From Dudresnaya verticillata (lineage: Eukaryota), in NCBI GenBank assembly GCA_977862235.1, contig OZ374563.1:744001-808000 (forward strand): DNA of 64,000 nt, read 5' to 3'. Each line of letters begins with the position of its first letter. Position 1 is the first letter of the stretch. The notes under the pieces are model-generated. The model saw only the letters and a list, made by a program, of their open reading frames with translations, did not search any database and was not told where the DNA came from. Of this stretch, positions 1-11,339 are shown in pieces. Made by a program: the position numbers and the translations under genes.

Positions 1-582
1 GGGTTCGAGGACAAGTATGCCGGTTTGCGGGCATTGGATGCTGGGACGTGGGCGCGTACCAAGGTGCTCTTCCTGATGGGTGCAGATGACATCGACAATA
101 TTGATGTGCCAGATGACTGCTTCGTTGTCTATCAAGGGCACCATGGTGACCGCGGTGCGTCTATTGCGAACGTGGTGCTCCCGGGCGCTGCGTACACCGA
201 GAAGGATTCAACATACGTCAACACTGAGGGAAGGGTGCAGGCTTCCAAGCTGGCGTTCTTCCCGCCTGGTCTGGCACGGGACGACTCGCATGTTCTTCGT
301 GACCTACTCGGCGCTGACGAAGATTTGGAGAGTGTGGCGCGTGAGCTGCGATCGCCGACTCTTGAGATTCTCGCGCCTCATTTGCTTCAACAAAACTCTT
401 TGCAAGCGGCAGACCGCATTCTTGGGACTGACTCGGTGCTTCCGATACGGGAGACTGAGTTCTCCGCCACCCCGCTCCAACCGCCTGTGGACAACTTTTA
501 CATGACTGACCCGATTACCCGTAGCTCGAAGACGATGGCAAAATGCACACGAGTGCGCAATACGAACAATTTCACGCAGTAG
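1..582 (+). CDS. NDUFS1: NADH:ubiquinone oxidoreductase 75 kDa subunit (Nad11/NuoG), C-terminal part, 5' truncated by the window edge
   Basis: The frame is open from base 1. Diagnostic motifs: FVVYQGHHGDRGA, VVLPGAAYTEK, TYVNTEGRVQ and FYMTDPITRSSKTMAKC. Confidence 0.95.
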   Translation, partial: GFEDKYAGLRALDAGTWARTKVLFLMGADDIDNIDVPDDCFVVYQGHHGDRGASIANVVLPGAAYTEKDSTYVNTEGRVQASKLAFFPPGLARDDSHVLRDLLGADEDLESVARELRSPTLEILAPHLLQQNSLQAADRILGTDSVLPIRETEFSATPLQPPVDNFYMTDPITRSSKTMAKCTRVRNTNNFTQ

Positions 583-1151
583 ATGGTTGCTGTTTGACGA
601 TTTTTTGTGACTGAGTTACCTCAGCAACCTGTAAAAGTGTCAGTGTTTCAACGCGTCGTTGGAGCTGCTGAAGCGTAGCAAATCATGACGTGCTCTGAAG
701 CAGGATTGATATCCGGTTGAGATGGCGACACGGAAGAATATCTCCTTAAACCAACAAAAGTCTATGTCCGAGATTCGATGGGAGAGAGCCTCAGGAAAAT
801 AAGGCAAGATGCTGAGGTTGAAAGGCGAAGAATCGCCCGGCTGCGTGGTGTGGTTTCTGTGGTGTCGACTGAGCAGGGGAGGCGGATCACGCCGGAACGG
901 CGTTGCTGATGCACTCTGCGGGTATCTCTAGGGCCAATCAGGTTGCTTTCCTGCCACCGCCAAAGCCTCCCTAGCGTCACTCTGAAAACACCCTTCGAAA
1001 TGTCGAAATGCCTCTCCGAGCGCTGCTATGCTGTGCCCAACCTCCTCGGACTCCTCAACCTCCAGAGCTGGCTGCCGTCGGTTCCACTCGCTCACGAGCT
1101 CATCCGTCTCGCTGCTTCGGCTAGCTACACGACACTCCGGGGTCGCCCGAG

Positions 1152-2993
1152 ATGCAGGCATTCATCTCCCCAGGGGTGTCGGCCTTTAGGGGCTCGCAAC
1201 TCCGGCCATCCGTGACCCGCACCCGACCTGCCCGGCAGGCACGCCCGCGGTCGCGGACCCGCTGCGTTGCCGAGCCTCCGGCATCGCCGGACGATGTTCG
1301 TGCTCTCATCACCTCGAAGGGCAAGGCAGAACAGCAGAAGGGCCTTCTTCTCGTGAAGCGGCTCCCGCCGGCGATTGCCCTCGAGCTGCTACTGCTCTGC
1401 GTGCACACATCAACAAATGAGTTCATTCGCTCCACCGCAGCTATTGCCATCGGCCAAGTCGATTTCTCGGACCCGGCCATCTGCAACAGCGCCGTCGATG
1501 CAATGATCGGCCTGCTCACCACGGACGCGGATTACTCTGTACGGGCCGCTGCCGCCGCTGGCATGGGTTACGTCTCTGGGGCATCTGATGATGTCGTCTC
1601 ACGGCTACTTGAAGCGCTTAGAAGGGCGTTGTTGGAGGATACGGAATGGCAGGTACACTTTAGTTGCCTCGCGTCCTTGGGAAACTTGCATGACCTGCGC
1701 GCCATTCCCGTCCTCATGCCATGGCTTAGTTCGGAGACGGACCTACTCGTACAGGCTTCGGTTGGTGCGCTAGGGGATATTGGAAGCGCGTCAGTGGTCC
1801 CGGACCTGCTCAAGCTGCTGGGATCTAATGACATGATGACACGACAGCGTTTAGCGCAGGCCCTGGGCCAGATTACAGATGCTACGAATGAACCTGCTGT
1901 CATTGATGCCTTGCGTACGTTGAGCAAGGATCAGTCCTTTGCTGTTCGCGATGTAGCCACAGAAGCGCTGTCAGTGCTTGGGTGTGCAGACCCTGCAAGG
2001 GCGGGAGCGCTTTCGGATGACGAGCTCATTGATCTTGAGGTTGCCAATTTGCTTGAGGGGGATGAGGGGAGGAGCGCTGGAGCAAGTGCTAGTGAGGCTC
2101 TGCGTCGGCGGTTGGAAAGATCATTCGACAAGGAATGTACCTACCATGGCACTCAGGTTGACAGTCGGCGCACGAAAGACCACAGCGACGGGCAGTTCGG
2201 AAATGCAGGTTCATCTGTTGCACCAGAGGACCATGTGGATCCAGCAGGGACGACTGATGGCGAACCAGAAATGTCGGATGCAGAGTATCAAGATCTTGTC
2301 AACGATCTGAAGCACGGGAATTCTTTGGCTCGAACAATGGCTGGAATTCGCTTGCGGAAGTGTGACGGCAAGCGAGCAGTTGAAGCGGTGCTGTCATCAT
2401 CTTCTTTAGACCCAGCGTGCGCATCTGAGAGAGTGCGATCGCTTTGTGTTGCGCTCCTTGCGCGTGGCGGGGAGATGGATAGGATTGTCCACACGCTTAA
2501 TGCTGATCCCGACCAAAATGTTCGAAGTGCTTGCTGTGATGCTTTAACAGATATTGGAGGTGGTCCAAAGGCTATTTGTGCTTGCATTGAAGCATTCAAG
2601 TCTGATGAACATTGGCTTGTACGCGTCAGCGCTGCTATTGCATTGGGGACAATCGGGAAGGGTTCCAAGGAATCTGAAGCGGAACTCATCAAGAGCCTAA
2701 GACCAGGTGGAGTGATAGGCCTTGAGAGTCTTCAAGATTCGGTCATTCGGCGGCACGCTGTAACGGCCCTAGGATTTCTGGGGTCCCAGGCCTCTTTGCC
2801 CGTAATTGCAGACCTGCTCAAGTCTGAAGATTGTGATTCAGCTATAAGATTACGTGTCGCTGGAGCATTGCGTGGAATTCATTCAAAGGAAAGCGTAGCA
2901 CTTGTTCAATCACTAATAGACGATGGCGACGAGGAAGTTGCGGAAATGGCCCAAGGCACTCTGGACGCTCTGGCGCATTACGGCTTTAGGTAG
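1152..2993 (+). CDS. Plastid-targeted PBS-lyase HEAT-repeat protein with two tandem NblB-like modules
   Basis: 613 aa with an MQAFISPG/Arg-Ser-rich transit peptide. HEAT motifs DADYSVRAAAAAGMG...EDTEWQVHFSCLASLGNLHD recur in the second half as DPDQNVRSA...SDEHWLVRVSAAIALG, resembling cyanobacterial NblB. Confidence 0.8.
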   Translation: MQAFISPGVSAFRGSQLRPSVTRTRPARQARPRSRTRCVAEPPASPDDVRALITSKGKAEQQKGLLLVKRLPPAIALELLLLCVHTSTNEFIRSTAAIAIGQVDFSDPAICNSAVDAMIGLLTTDADYSVRAAAAAGMGYVSGASDDVVSRLLEALRRALLEDTEWQVHFSCLASLGNLHDLRAIPVLMPWLSSETDLLVQASVGALGDIGSASVVPDLLKLLGSNDMMTRQRLAQALGQITDATNEPAVIDALRTLSKDQSFAVRDVATEALSVLGCADPARAGALSDDELIDLEVANLLEGDEGRSAGASASEALRRRLERSFDKECTYHGTQVDSRRTKDHSDGQFGNAGSSVAPEDHVDPAGTTDGEPEMSDAEYQDLVNDLKHGNSLARTMAGIRLRKCDGKRAVEAVLSSSSLDPACASERVRSLCVALLARGGEMDRIVHTLNADPDQNVRSACCDALTDIGGGPKAICACIEAFKSDEHWLVRVSAAIALGTIGKGSKESEAELIKSLRPGGVIGLESLQDSVIRRHAVTALGFLGSQASLPVIADLLKSEDCDSAIRLRVAGALRGIHSKESVALVQSLIDDGDEEVAEMAQGTLDALAHYGFR

Positions 2994-3163
2994 GGAGATT
3001 TGTTTTATCCTCGCTCTGGGATTACGAGCGAATTGTCGTGGTAGTTTGCTGTGCTATCTGTATCAACACACACTCATCACGTTGCGGCCGTACTCTATTG
3101 AGACATACTATAAAGTTAAGATAGGGAGGTGGGATATACGAAACCAAGATATTTGCTCTCTAG

Positions 3164-3868
3164 TCACACGCGCTCACTGATCCTTATGGCTGCATGGCAG
3201 CCAGCCTTGATAACCTTGCTCATAGCAGAATAGAGCGGCGCTTGTTCAGCATCATGTTCAAGTCCAGTGTGTTTGTGCTCTAGTTCGTCATCTCTAAATT
3301 CGCGAAAGATGGCTCTCAGCTCTGCTTCGTTTTCCCAGTCCAGCAGCGTGCGCACTTGATCGTTGTAGTGCTCAGCGATGACTTCTTCCACAGCTACAGT
3401 ACATGCCATGGCGGCTTCCTTTCCAATAAGTGCTGTTCCTAGGCCTAGAGCATAGCCTGCAGCGTTCCAGATTGGCAGCATAGCGGTTGGGCGTACTCTG
3501 CGGTCGACAATTAGCCTGTCGAACGCATCCAGGTGTTTCTTTTCTTGGTCAGCCATTTCCTGGATGACGTTCCCCACTGGTGTCCCCCCAAAGACAGCGA
3601 GCTGGCCGGCGTAGATCTGGCGGGCACCAAGTTCTCCGGCATGATCAACTCGAATCATTTTATCGATTATCTTCTTCTTCTTGCGATCTGCGAGCAATGG
3701 GGATGATATTTTCTCATGTTGCGCAGGCCGCCCTTCCGAAGAGTCAGGTGCTGGAGGTGGCGGTTGAGAGTGGGCTGACGCGTACCTAAGCACCTTCAGA
3801 TTCGTTGATGGCCGGGTTCTGCTATACCTGTTCCCTCCCTTGAATGCAGCTTGGCGTAGCGCTTGCAT
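3164..3868 (-). CDS. COQ7: 5-demethoxyubiquinone hydroxylase (di-iron, CLK-1/COQ7), mitochondrial
   Basis: IRVDHAGELGARQIYAGQ, AAMACTVAVEEVIAEHYNDQ and FRDDELEH motifs; basic presequence. Confidence 0.96.
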   Translation of the reverse strand: MQALRQAAFKGGNRYSRTRPSTNLKVLRYASAHSQPPPPAPDSSEGRPAQHEKISSPLLADRKKKKIIDKMIRVDHAGELGARQIYAGQLAVFGGTPVGNVIQEMADQEKKHLDAFDRLIVDRRVRPTAMLPIWNAAGYALGLGTALIGKEAAMACTVAVEEVIAEHYNDQVRTLLDWENEAELRAIFREFRDDELEHKHTGLEHDAEQAPLYSAMSKVIKAGCHAAIRISERV

Positions 3869-4371
3869 GACTGCTGAGATCGCAATTGAGGGAGGCTTTG
3901 GTATTGTAAGCGCAAGGCGCGGAACGCGAGCTTAGTCTGAATTTTTTTCTTCCAGTGGTCGACTCTGCCCCCTACAGATAGAGACAAACGGTGAAGGCCA
4001 GGAAAGACGGTACGCCCAGCCCAGCATTGAGCCCTCAGCCCGGGGCCGTAGAATAGAAAACCTCGATTTTGAGCCCAAATAATGGCCCAGGCCCAAGGAC
4101 AAAGCCCACTATCTTGACAGCTGCTGTTGCCTTTCAACATTCCCACGAAAGGTTGCTTCTGAGCTCTCGTCGGCAGTTACAACCTCCATTTCGCTGGCAG
4201 GGACCGGTAGGCTAACTCACGGATCGGAATAACTTCGTATCCCGTATCCCCGTTCCGTTTTAGCCAAGGAAGGCTTTCCTCAAAGATCAAATTGTCCCGA
4301 GTCAACAGCGCGAGCAAGCTTTTGGATAACATTGTCGAGGCTCTGCACAGGCTCCGAATGTAACTACACCG

Positions 4372-6687
4372 ATGCTCCCATGTGCCACGGTGCGCACGCG
4401 TCATTTTGTGAAACTAATCAGTGCACCACAACAAAGTCAATGGAGGCTAACGCCACACCGCACGCATTCATCTCGCAATGCTTCTCCAAACAAGCAAGAC
4501 GCGAACGAAGAGATTCCTTTCTCGCGCTTGAAAGGAGTGACGATCGTGAGCGGCGTTAACGATGCTGCTCATTCTCTCCGAAATTTCATTGAGCTCGGGC
4601 CAGGGCAGCCTGTAGCATGGAGTCTACAGCCTCTATCGCCCGGATCTGCGTCAGAACCTTCTAACGCATCGTTCACGTTGAGTGCGTATGCGGGGGATGA
4701 CATTGATTTTGGAAACGGTCCGCATTTATTCTTTCGTGGCAGAGATGGACCTGAGAAACGCCAGATATGGAGCCTTCTAAAGGAATACTTCAGAGACCCA
4801 TTGTGCGCGAAAGTTTGGTTGGACTACCCATCAGCTTTCAGAATTTTGAAAGCGTGTGGTGCAGAAGTAGGAGGCTTTGTTGGGGACTTGGATAGTATGG
4901 CTCAGCTCATGGATAAGAAGGTCAAGTCCAGGAGCTTGGACTCTCTTGCGAAGGTGACCTTGAAGCGGACGGAGAGGACCGCGATTAACTCCATTTTGAG
5001 GGAGAACAAGCTGCGCGTGCGAGCAAGTCGCCCATGGAAAGATCTCCGGCAGGGAGGAGAACAGAAGCTGAATGACCTTTGGGTTGGAAAAGCTTGCGCA
5101 GACGCCCGTCTCATCTATCGCCTATTCGAAACGCTTCGTGATGAAATGCGGTTACAAGCGATTCACGGGCACAACTGTACATATGACTTTGAGACCAAAT
5201 ATTATGACGCATACAGTGTATACAACGCTTTCTTTGTGCCGCTCATTCGGCAGATCTGCAACACACAGTCCTTGGGTGTAGCGGCAAGGATCGATACCCT
5301 GGATTCTGAAGACGAAACCTTGGTAGATGAGATTAATACTAGGGAGACCAGATTTGTCGAATGGGCCTCAAGCTTCTCCCCCGAGGCAAACCTTATGAAT
5401 ATGCATTCAACTGCACAGCTACGTCAGCTACTCTTCGCACCCTGTGTGAATATCCATTCTAAGACAAGGGTTCTGCCACGTGAGCAAACCTTCCAGAACA
5501 CAAAACAAAATTCTGATCCTGAAAGCTTTTTGTTGTGTGGAAGGGGAGCAAACGCCGTCGAATTTACGGCAACGGGATGGCCATCTACGTCCGTCAAGTC
5601 GTTACGCAAGGCAGCGGGCTACCCACGACGAGCAGAGCCAACATTTGGGCAAAAGGACAAAGAATTTTGCTATGCAGTCGATGACCTACTCGTTGCGAAG
5701 GAATTGCGCAAGAACGAACCAGGACAGGTGGAAGTCAAGGATATCGTGGTAAAAGATGGTCGGGCTCGCATTGAAATTGCCATGCGGTCAGAAACAGGAC
5801 GCCTTCATGCTTATTTCGGCAACAGCGGTGTTAAAGCACGAGGCAAGAATGCCACGTTCTTGAAGTCAGGTTTGTGCGCGGGGCCTGGAAAAACCCTGAT
5901 CGTTGGAACATATAAGGACTTAGACCTTTGGGTATTGGCACAAGTCAGCGAATGTGAAGAATTGTTGCGTCGGTTAGGAGCTGAGTCAGACCCATACGAG
6001 TTGGGCGCATACGATCTCTTTAACAGCGTGCGAGACTCTGTAGAGAAACGCAAGTGCACATTCAAGTTAGTAGGGCACTCGCAAGCACTGCCCTTGGTGT
6101 CCTCCTTCCACAGGAATGAATATGATCAAGCAAGACTGCTGGACCTTGCTATAGCAAGAGGTGAATCAGAAGCAGGGGTAATGAAGAAGCTTGGAGTGGC
6201 AAGAAAGGATGCAAATCTCCTGTTAGAGAGATGGTATAGTTCAAACCCGGGCGTTGGCGCGTGGCGCAAAGAATGCCTAGAGAAGGCAAGAGCTGATGGG
6301 TTTGTGGAGACAATGCTTGGAAGACGGAGGCAGTTCATGCCGGGTAAAAGGGGCTCACGATTTGCTCAGGAGATGGCAGAGAAGGTTATTCTCCGTCATG
6401 CTGTCAGCGGGTCTGCCGGGGAGGTCATGCTGGGCGCTTTTGTGAACCTCGGGCGCCACGAAACTTTGAAAGCTCTGGGCTGGAACATCGTCTTCGTTGA
6501 CGGAGACATGGTTGTTCTGGAGGGCCCGCAATACTCAAGTGACAAGGCCGTCCCGCTTGTGTATGCGACCATGCGGGCGCCGATGGATTTTGAACTTGGC
6601 ATCGAGCTAAACGTTGAATTAATGACCGGGGAGTCGATGGAAAATGTCACCAGCAGGACAGAAGAGGAGCACTCGTCCACTGCATAG
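4372..6687 (+). CDS. Degenerate POP-type family A DNA polymerase paralog (probable pseudo-polymerase), organelle-targeted
   Basis: Intact 771-aa ORF collinear with the POP at 11340-13760 (AGDDIDFGNG, QLRQLLFAP, TATGWPSTS, SETGRL, GFVETMLGRRR, LEGP). Key exonuclease and polymerase catalytic residues are substituted. Confidence 0.85.
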   Translation: MLPCATVRTRHFVKLISAPQQSQWRLTPHRTHSSRNASPNKQDANEEIPFSRLKGVTIVSGVNDAAHSLRNFIELGPGQPVAWSLQPLSPGSASEPSNASFTLSAYAGDDIDFGNGPHLFFRGRDGPEKRQIWSLLKEYFRDPLCAKVWLDYPSAFRILKACGAEVGGFVGDLDSMAQLMDKKVKSRSLDSLAKVTLKRTERTAINSILRENKLRVRASRPWKDLRQGGEQKLNDLWVGKACADARLIYRLFETLRDEMRLQAIHGHNCTYDFETKYYDAYSVYNAFFVPLIRQICNTQSLGVAARIDTLDSEDETLVDEINTRETRFVEWASSFSPEANLMNMHSTAQLRQLLFAPCVNIHSKTRVLPREQTFQNTKQNSDPESFLLCGRGANAVEFTATGWPSTSVKSLRKAAGYPRRAEPTFGQKDKEFCYAVDDLLVAKELRKNEPGQVEVKDIVVKDGRARIEIAMRSETGRLHAYFGNSGVKARGKNATFLKSGLCAGPGKTLIVGTYKDLDLWVLAQVSECEELLRRLGAESDPYELGAYDLFNSVRDSVEKRKCTFKLVGHSQALPLVSSFHRNEYDQARLLDLAIARGESEAGVMKKLGVARKDANLLLERWYSSNPGVGAWRKECLEKARADGFVETMLGRRRQFMPGKRGSRFAQEMAEKVILRHAVSGSAGEVMLGAFVNLGRHETLKALGWNIVFVDGDMVVLEGPQYSSDKAVPLVYATMRAPMDFELGIELNVELMTGESMENVTSRTEEEHSSTA

Positions 6688-7438
6688 TGCGATGGCACTC
6701 TATAGAAGGTGGATACGTAAGCCATACCGTGTGAAGAAACAGCCGTGATGCAGCAGGCAATGCTTCAATCGAAAGCTCCATCACTCCAGGACTTTCGATG
6801 CTCGTATTTCTGCGGCATATTGGGGTCCCTAGAGCACTGTGCAGGTTGCAGTACGAGGCATGCGAACTCGGGGGCTTGCGCTGTGATATGCGCTGCAGAG
6901 TGCTCAATCTTCCCAGCGGCTGACGTGGGGTTGTGGAAGGCAGCAGCCATGATGGCACGCCATTTCGTTCGCATCGCCACTCTGTTCAACATCTCGACCG
7001 GCGCAGAAACTGCTCGATTCTTCCCGCAGTCAGATCCACACTGGAAGGAGTTCTTATGCATAAACCCATCTGTTCATTCTTCTTCGAGTTTTGGGATCGT
7101 TGCGAGTGCCAAGATGTGCCACTGCCAATTTGACAACACTTCCATGGATGGAGTTGGAAATTAGCATTTTTGGTGTTGATGACCTCTCTGCACCGCACAG
7201 CAAGGTGGTTGTGGTGAGGTTGAAATGATGAGCTTGGCTCGTTCGCACAACATCTAATCGCGCTCTTGTGCTTGGCTTGCTAGTGGGATTGTCCGACACT
7301 ACTAGTATCTTTTATGCCCTGGCGTGAAACGAGAAGCAAAGAGAAAACAGGAGAACGGTGTTTTACACACGATAGCACTCTCCGAGTGCGGGCCCAAGGA
7401 ATCCACCGGCACGAAAACTATCCTTCATCACAAGCAAA

Positions 7439-8485
7439 ATGCCCCTACCGAGCTTCGCAGCACCAACGCTCCTTCGCCCATCGAAACTTTGGTTCACACC
7501 TATCCAAACGACCTGTTCTCAAATGCGGCGTCCGGGCGTGATTCGCTCCTCTGCGACTGTGCAACCGGCACCAGTCGCCCACATCGAAACCGCGCAAACG
7601 TCTAGTACGCGAGCCGAGAAAGCCATCTTCCAATGCCCGTCTTGCAAAACGCCATACCCTCCCATCCCACCACAGCAGCTTTCGGACCTTCCCGCAAATT
7701 GCCCAAACTGTAACACACCGGTGCAACAGAAGTCGGGCTATGTCGACATGACACCCGAAGCTGCAGCCACCACATCTGTCCTGCGCAACTGGTTCCGGCA
7801 GCCTCAAAAACAGGCACTCTTCCAGCTTCCGACTGTCTCGTTCGCGTACGAGCGCGGTTGGCGTAACAACTTCAAACGTGCTGGCTTTCCCGGTATCGAC
7901 CGCGAGTTCGCACTGTTTTTGGACCATGTGTTGCCGGCTGAGTCTGTTTTGGACATGTCCTGCGGCTCGGGACTAATGTCGCGCCGTCTAGCGTCGTCCG
8001 GCCACTTTTCCCGAGTTATCGCAGCGGACTACTCTGACGCAATGCTGCGGGAGACAGTTTCACGTGCCAAGTCTGATACTACTGTACCTGAGTTTGATGT
8101 CGTCCGAGCGGATGTTGCAGCACTGCCGTTTACGGATGGGGCTTTTGATGCCGTTCATGCTGGTGCTGCACTGCACTGTTGGCCTAACGTCCAGGACGGG
8201 CTCGGAGAAGTGCGCCGGGTGCTCAGGCCTGGTGGAAAGTTCTTCGCCACCACATTTATGAGGCTGGCATACGTGCCTAATCGGGAGGCGTTGGTGGCAA
8301 GACCGGCGCTGTATCGTGCGGTAAAGCGGGCTGAGGAGCTCTTTCCTGGGGAAGTGCCGTACAGATTCTTTGAAAAGGATGAGCTCGAGTTTCTATTTCG
8401 GGCTGCCGGATTTGCTTCAGTTGAAGTCCAAGTGCTCAAGGGTTGTGCTATTATTCGATGTGAGGCACCAGCGGAATGGGCTTGA
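7439..8485 (+). CDS. Plastid-targeted SAM-dependent methyltransferase (Methyltransf_11) with N-terminal zinc ribbon
   Basis: Transit-like N-terminus; CPSC...CPNC; VSFAYERGWR; VLDMSCGSG motif I; DAVHAGAALHCWP; RVLRPGG. Confidence 0.9.
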   Translation: MPLPSFAAPTLLRPSKLWFTPIQTTCSQMRRPGVIRSSATVQPAPVAHIETAQTSSTRAEKAIFQCPSCKTPYPPIPPQQLSDLPANCPNCNTPVQQKSGYVDMTPEAAATTSVLRNWFRQPQKQALFQLPTVSFAYERGWRNNFKRAGFPGIDREFALFLDHVLPAESVLDMSCGSGLMSRRLASSGHFSRVIAADYSDAMLRETVSRAKSDTTVPEFDVVRADVAALPFTDGAFDAVHAGAALHCWPNVQDGLGEVRRVLRPGGKFFATTFMRLAYVPNREALVARPALYRAVKRAEELFPGEVPYRFFEKDELEFLFRAAGFASVEVQVLKGCAIIRCEAPAEWA

Positions 8486-9897
8486 AGAGTTTCGGCGTGC
8501 AATAGCGGCCGTAGGATGATGATCATAGGTTCGAAATCTCATAGGCCTTGTCCAATTGTGAATGCTTCCAAGTAGATATTCATTCTACTTGATCACCGTG
8601 TTTGTGCGAAATCCCTATAGCCCACACCAAGAACCGGACTGGCTACTCAAGGACGTCGATTGTTGAACTGGAAATTGTTATAGCCCACAACTTGTAGGAG
8701 AAACACAGTGCTTCTTCCGTCACCGTAAGAACGCAACAGGTGACCTACCTTCCTGGATTGATCCGTCAAGCGGAAAAAAGCTCTACGAGATCACAGATAT
8801 GGGTAAACCACGTCCGTTCAAGTTGCACTCTTTTGGAGGACAAACATCATTGGTTGCCGTTGTGCCTAGGAAGGACAGCTCTCTGTATTAACAGAAGAAG
8901 TTTCATTTGAAAATGGAATCAGATGCACAGAATGAACGCTTGTAGCCGTCACCCTAAGAGTATACAAAGTTGCGCGTAACTTCTCTGGAGGAAGAGTTTG
9001 TTCTGCACCAATATGTAGTTTTTATTTCTGATTGCTGCAACATTTGTTTCTGTAAATCGGCCGTTCTCTAGGACTCAAAGCTGGAAAAACGGGCTCGATA
9101 ACAGTCCAGCATTGATCTTGGAATTTAAAAAAGGTTGCAGTGCTGCGTAACATGGTCTGTGCTCATGCGACGACGAATTTCTTCGCTGAATGCTTGTGGC
9201 TTCTGTAGCCACGTTCTGGTGCTTGTAGCATAGCTACTTGTAACATCAAGGAGGGGGTTATGCTGCATACTGTAGGAAAAACGGAACAGCCTTGAATTGC
9301 AGTTCCAAGCTGTCCTGTAACATGTTTATGGCGGCTGCAGTGCTCCGTGTTGCAGAAATAGGAAAAGCCCCTCTCATTTACGAGGCCCACCGTTGCTGTG
9401 TTCGTCAGTTGCGAGATTGCCCTTGTCGCTTGGCTTTCAGTTGTGGAAGACTAGATCATGTCCGAGGATGGATAGAACAACGATGGGAGTACTGTACCAT
9501 TAAGTTATAATGGCATTAAGTCGCCCTCCCACGTCTTCGACAGAAGTTTATTGATTGCCGGCAAAACACGCTCAACGGTGGTCGAAGGAACCGGTCTAAT
9601 AGCCATTGCTGCCGTGATAGATTTTGTTAGAAACATCCAATGGAGAGGTTCAGAATTCAGATTCCAGCAGTCGTACTCATCCAAGTGGCACCAGTTCTGA
9701 TTGCCCTACCGCAAAAAGCTGTACCGCCTGCCCAGGTTGGCAAAAAATGGTAGACGATACAATAGAGCGCCACCCGTCCCATCCCCCAACGGAAGGAGTC
9801 AACTTTAACTCGCTAGCAAACAGTACTGTTCCCACCAAGGCACATCCGGCAAGTTAACTGTATAAAGACTGAAAAACTTCTCACAAGACTGACGATC

Positions 9898-10542
9898 ATG
9901 CAGGCGTTCGCACTTCCAGTTCCACGCACTTTCCCAAGGGGCAAAATGCAAGACACCAAGTGCCGACACTACTCTGCGAGAAGGCGTCTCGCGATAGGGC
10001 CTGTTACCAGTTCCTTGCAAGAAGATAGGCAAAAGGTCGTGAAGACTTTGGAGAGAGATTTGCCCATGCAGTACGAGGCACCCCTCTCACTTGACTGGAG
10101 CATTTTCGACGACAAAGTTACGTTTGATGATCCTAATACAACGCTCAACGGGAAGCTCATGTACCAGGTTTGTTCGCGCATTGCAAAGTCGGGAATTTAG
10201 ACAGGGCAGCCTTCCACTTGAGCCAATAAGTTCTAACCGCCTCGTCTTTGGAGGTTGAGTCCATTGTAGGGTATGCTCTTAACAATAGGGCTTTTCATCG
10301 TCCCTTTCCTCTTCAGGAGCGACGCTGTTTTCGAACTGCGTGAATGCGGCTTAACGGAGGATGGCGAGAAGGTGCGGACAAGATTTTGGTCGAGGGGTAC
10401 CACGAGATGGGGCAGTCAGGTCCTCATTTCAGGCGTCGACTTCTTCTGGTTTAGAGCCAACTCGAGCAATATCATTCGGCATGAGTCCACCTGGGATCAA
10501 ACTCTTGAGGAGGTTGTACGCTCGTTTAGAGGTGATACCTAA
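9898..10542 (+). CDS. DUF2358/NTF2-like plastid protein, two exons (9898-10167, 10270-10542)
   Basis: MQAF transit start and DWSIFDDKVTFDDP motif. A 102-nt phase-0 GT..AG intron (10168-10269) with a TTCTAAC branch site joins the two ORFs in frame. Confidence 0.8.
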
Positions 10543-11339
10543 CAGAGCAGCACCTTGCTTCAATGCCTAGTTTAACCCTCTTCGCCAGGGACAATTGCTT
10601 GCGGCAGCTCCGAGAAATCGCTGTTGCTCGCATGACCACCAACGCGAATACCGCCATTTCCTTTAGTTTGGCGTGAACGACGGGTAGCTGGAAACGAGAG
10701 CCTCAGCATTTCTTGTCTCGTTTGCTCTACGGCATTGGGTTACCCGAACAGCATCATACGGCGAACTCTCATTCCGCTGTCCAGCCTTAACCCCAAACGG
10801 AGTGCCGATGGCACACAGTCCAGCACTTTATGCTCTCCGGCAAGCTTTTTGACTTCATCCCATTCGAGAGACCAACCATGCATAACTTGATGCAACTAGA
10901 AACCTACGAATTGCAGTTCATAAGCATTCCCAGTCCACCTGTCCACCATGCCGTCGTAAGCATTTGGCCTCTGCCTGCTGCCAGATCTCAAAGTCACGGT
11001 TTGGCAAAGCAAGTGTAGCGCGACAACAATAGCCCCAAAAAACACCCTTTCCAACGCGCCCTTTTTGGGTGATACTGTACTGTTCGTCGAAAATCAGCAA
11101 CTGAAATGCCCAAAACCCACAAAAACCCACGTTCTCCTTGTTCTCACACATACCTGTTGCGGACCGCCGGCGGCGCGATACCCAGCGCTCTGTTGTTCCC
11201 ACGCGCGTTCGCTTGAGGACTGCGTGCTGACGGCTCTTCCCTATCCGCAACTCCCGCACTTGCTGCCCGCATCTTGTGGTCTCGCTGCGAGCCACGAGCT
11301 CAGGGCGGGCCTGTGGGAAATGCCTTAGTTCGATCGGCG

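Noticed and set aside
6745..7164. 139-aa Cys-rich plus-strand ORF and 98-aa minus-strand ORF between the pseudo-POP and the methyltransferase
   Set aside because: No recognisable domain or supported splice structure; cannot tell which, if either, is real.
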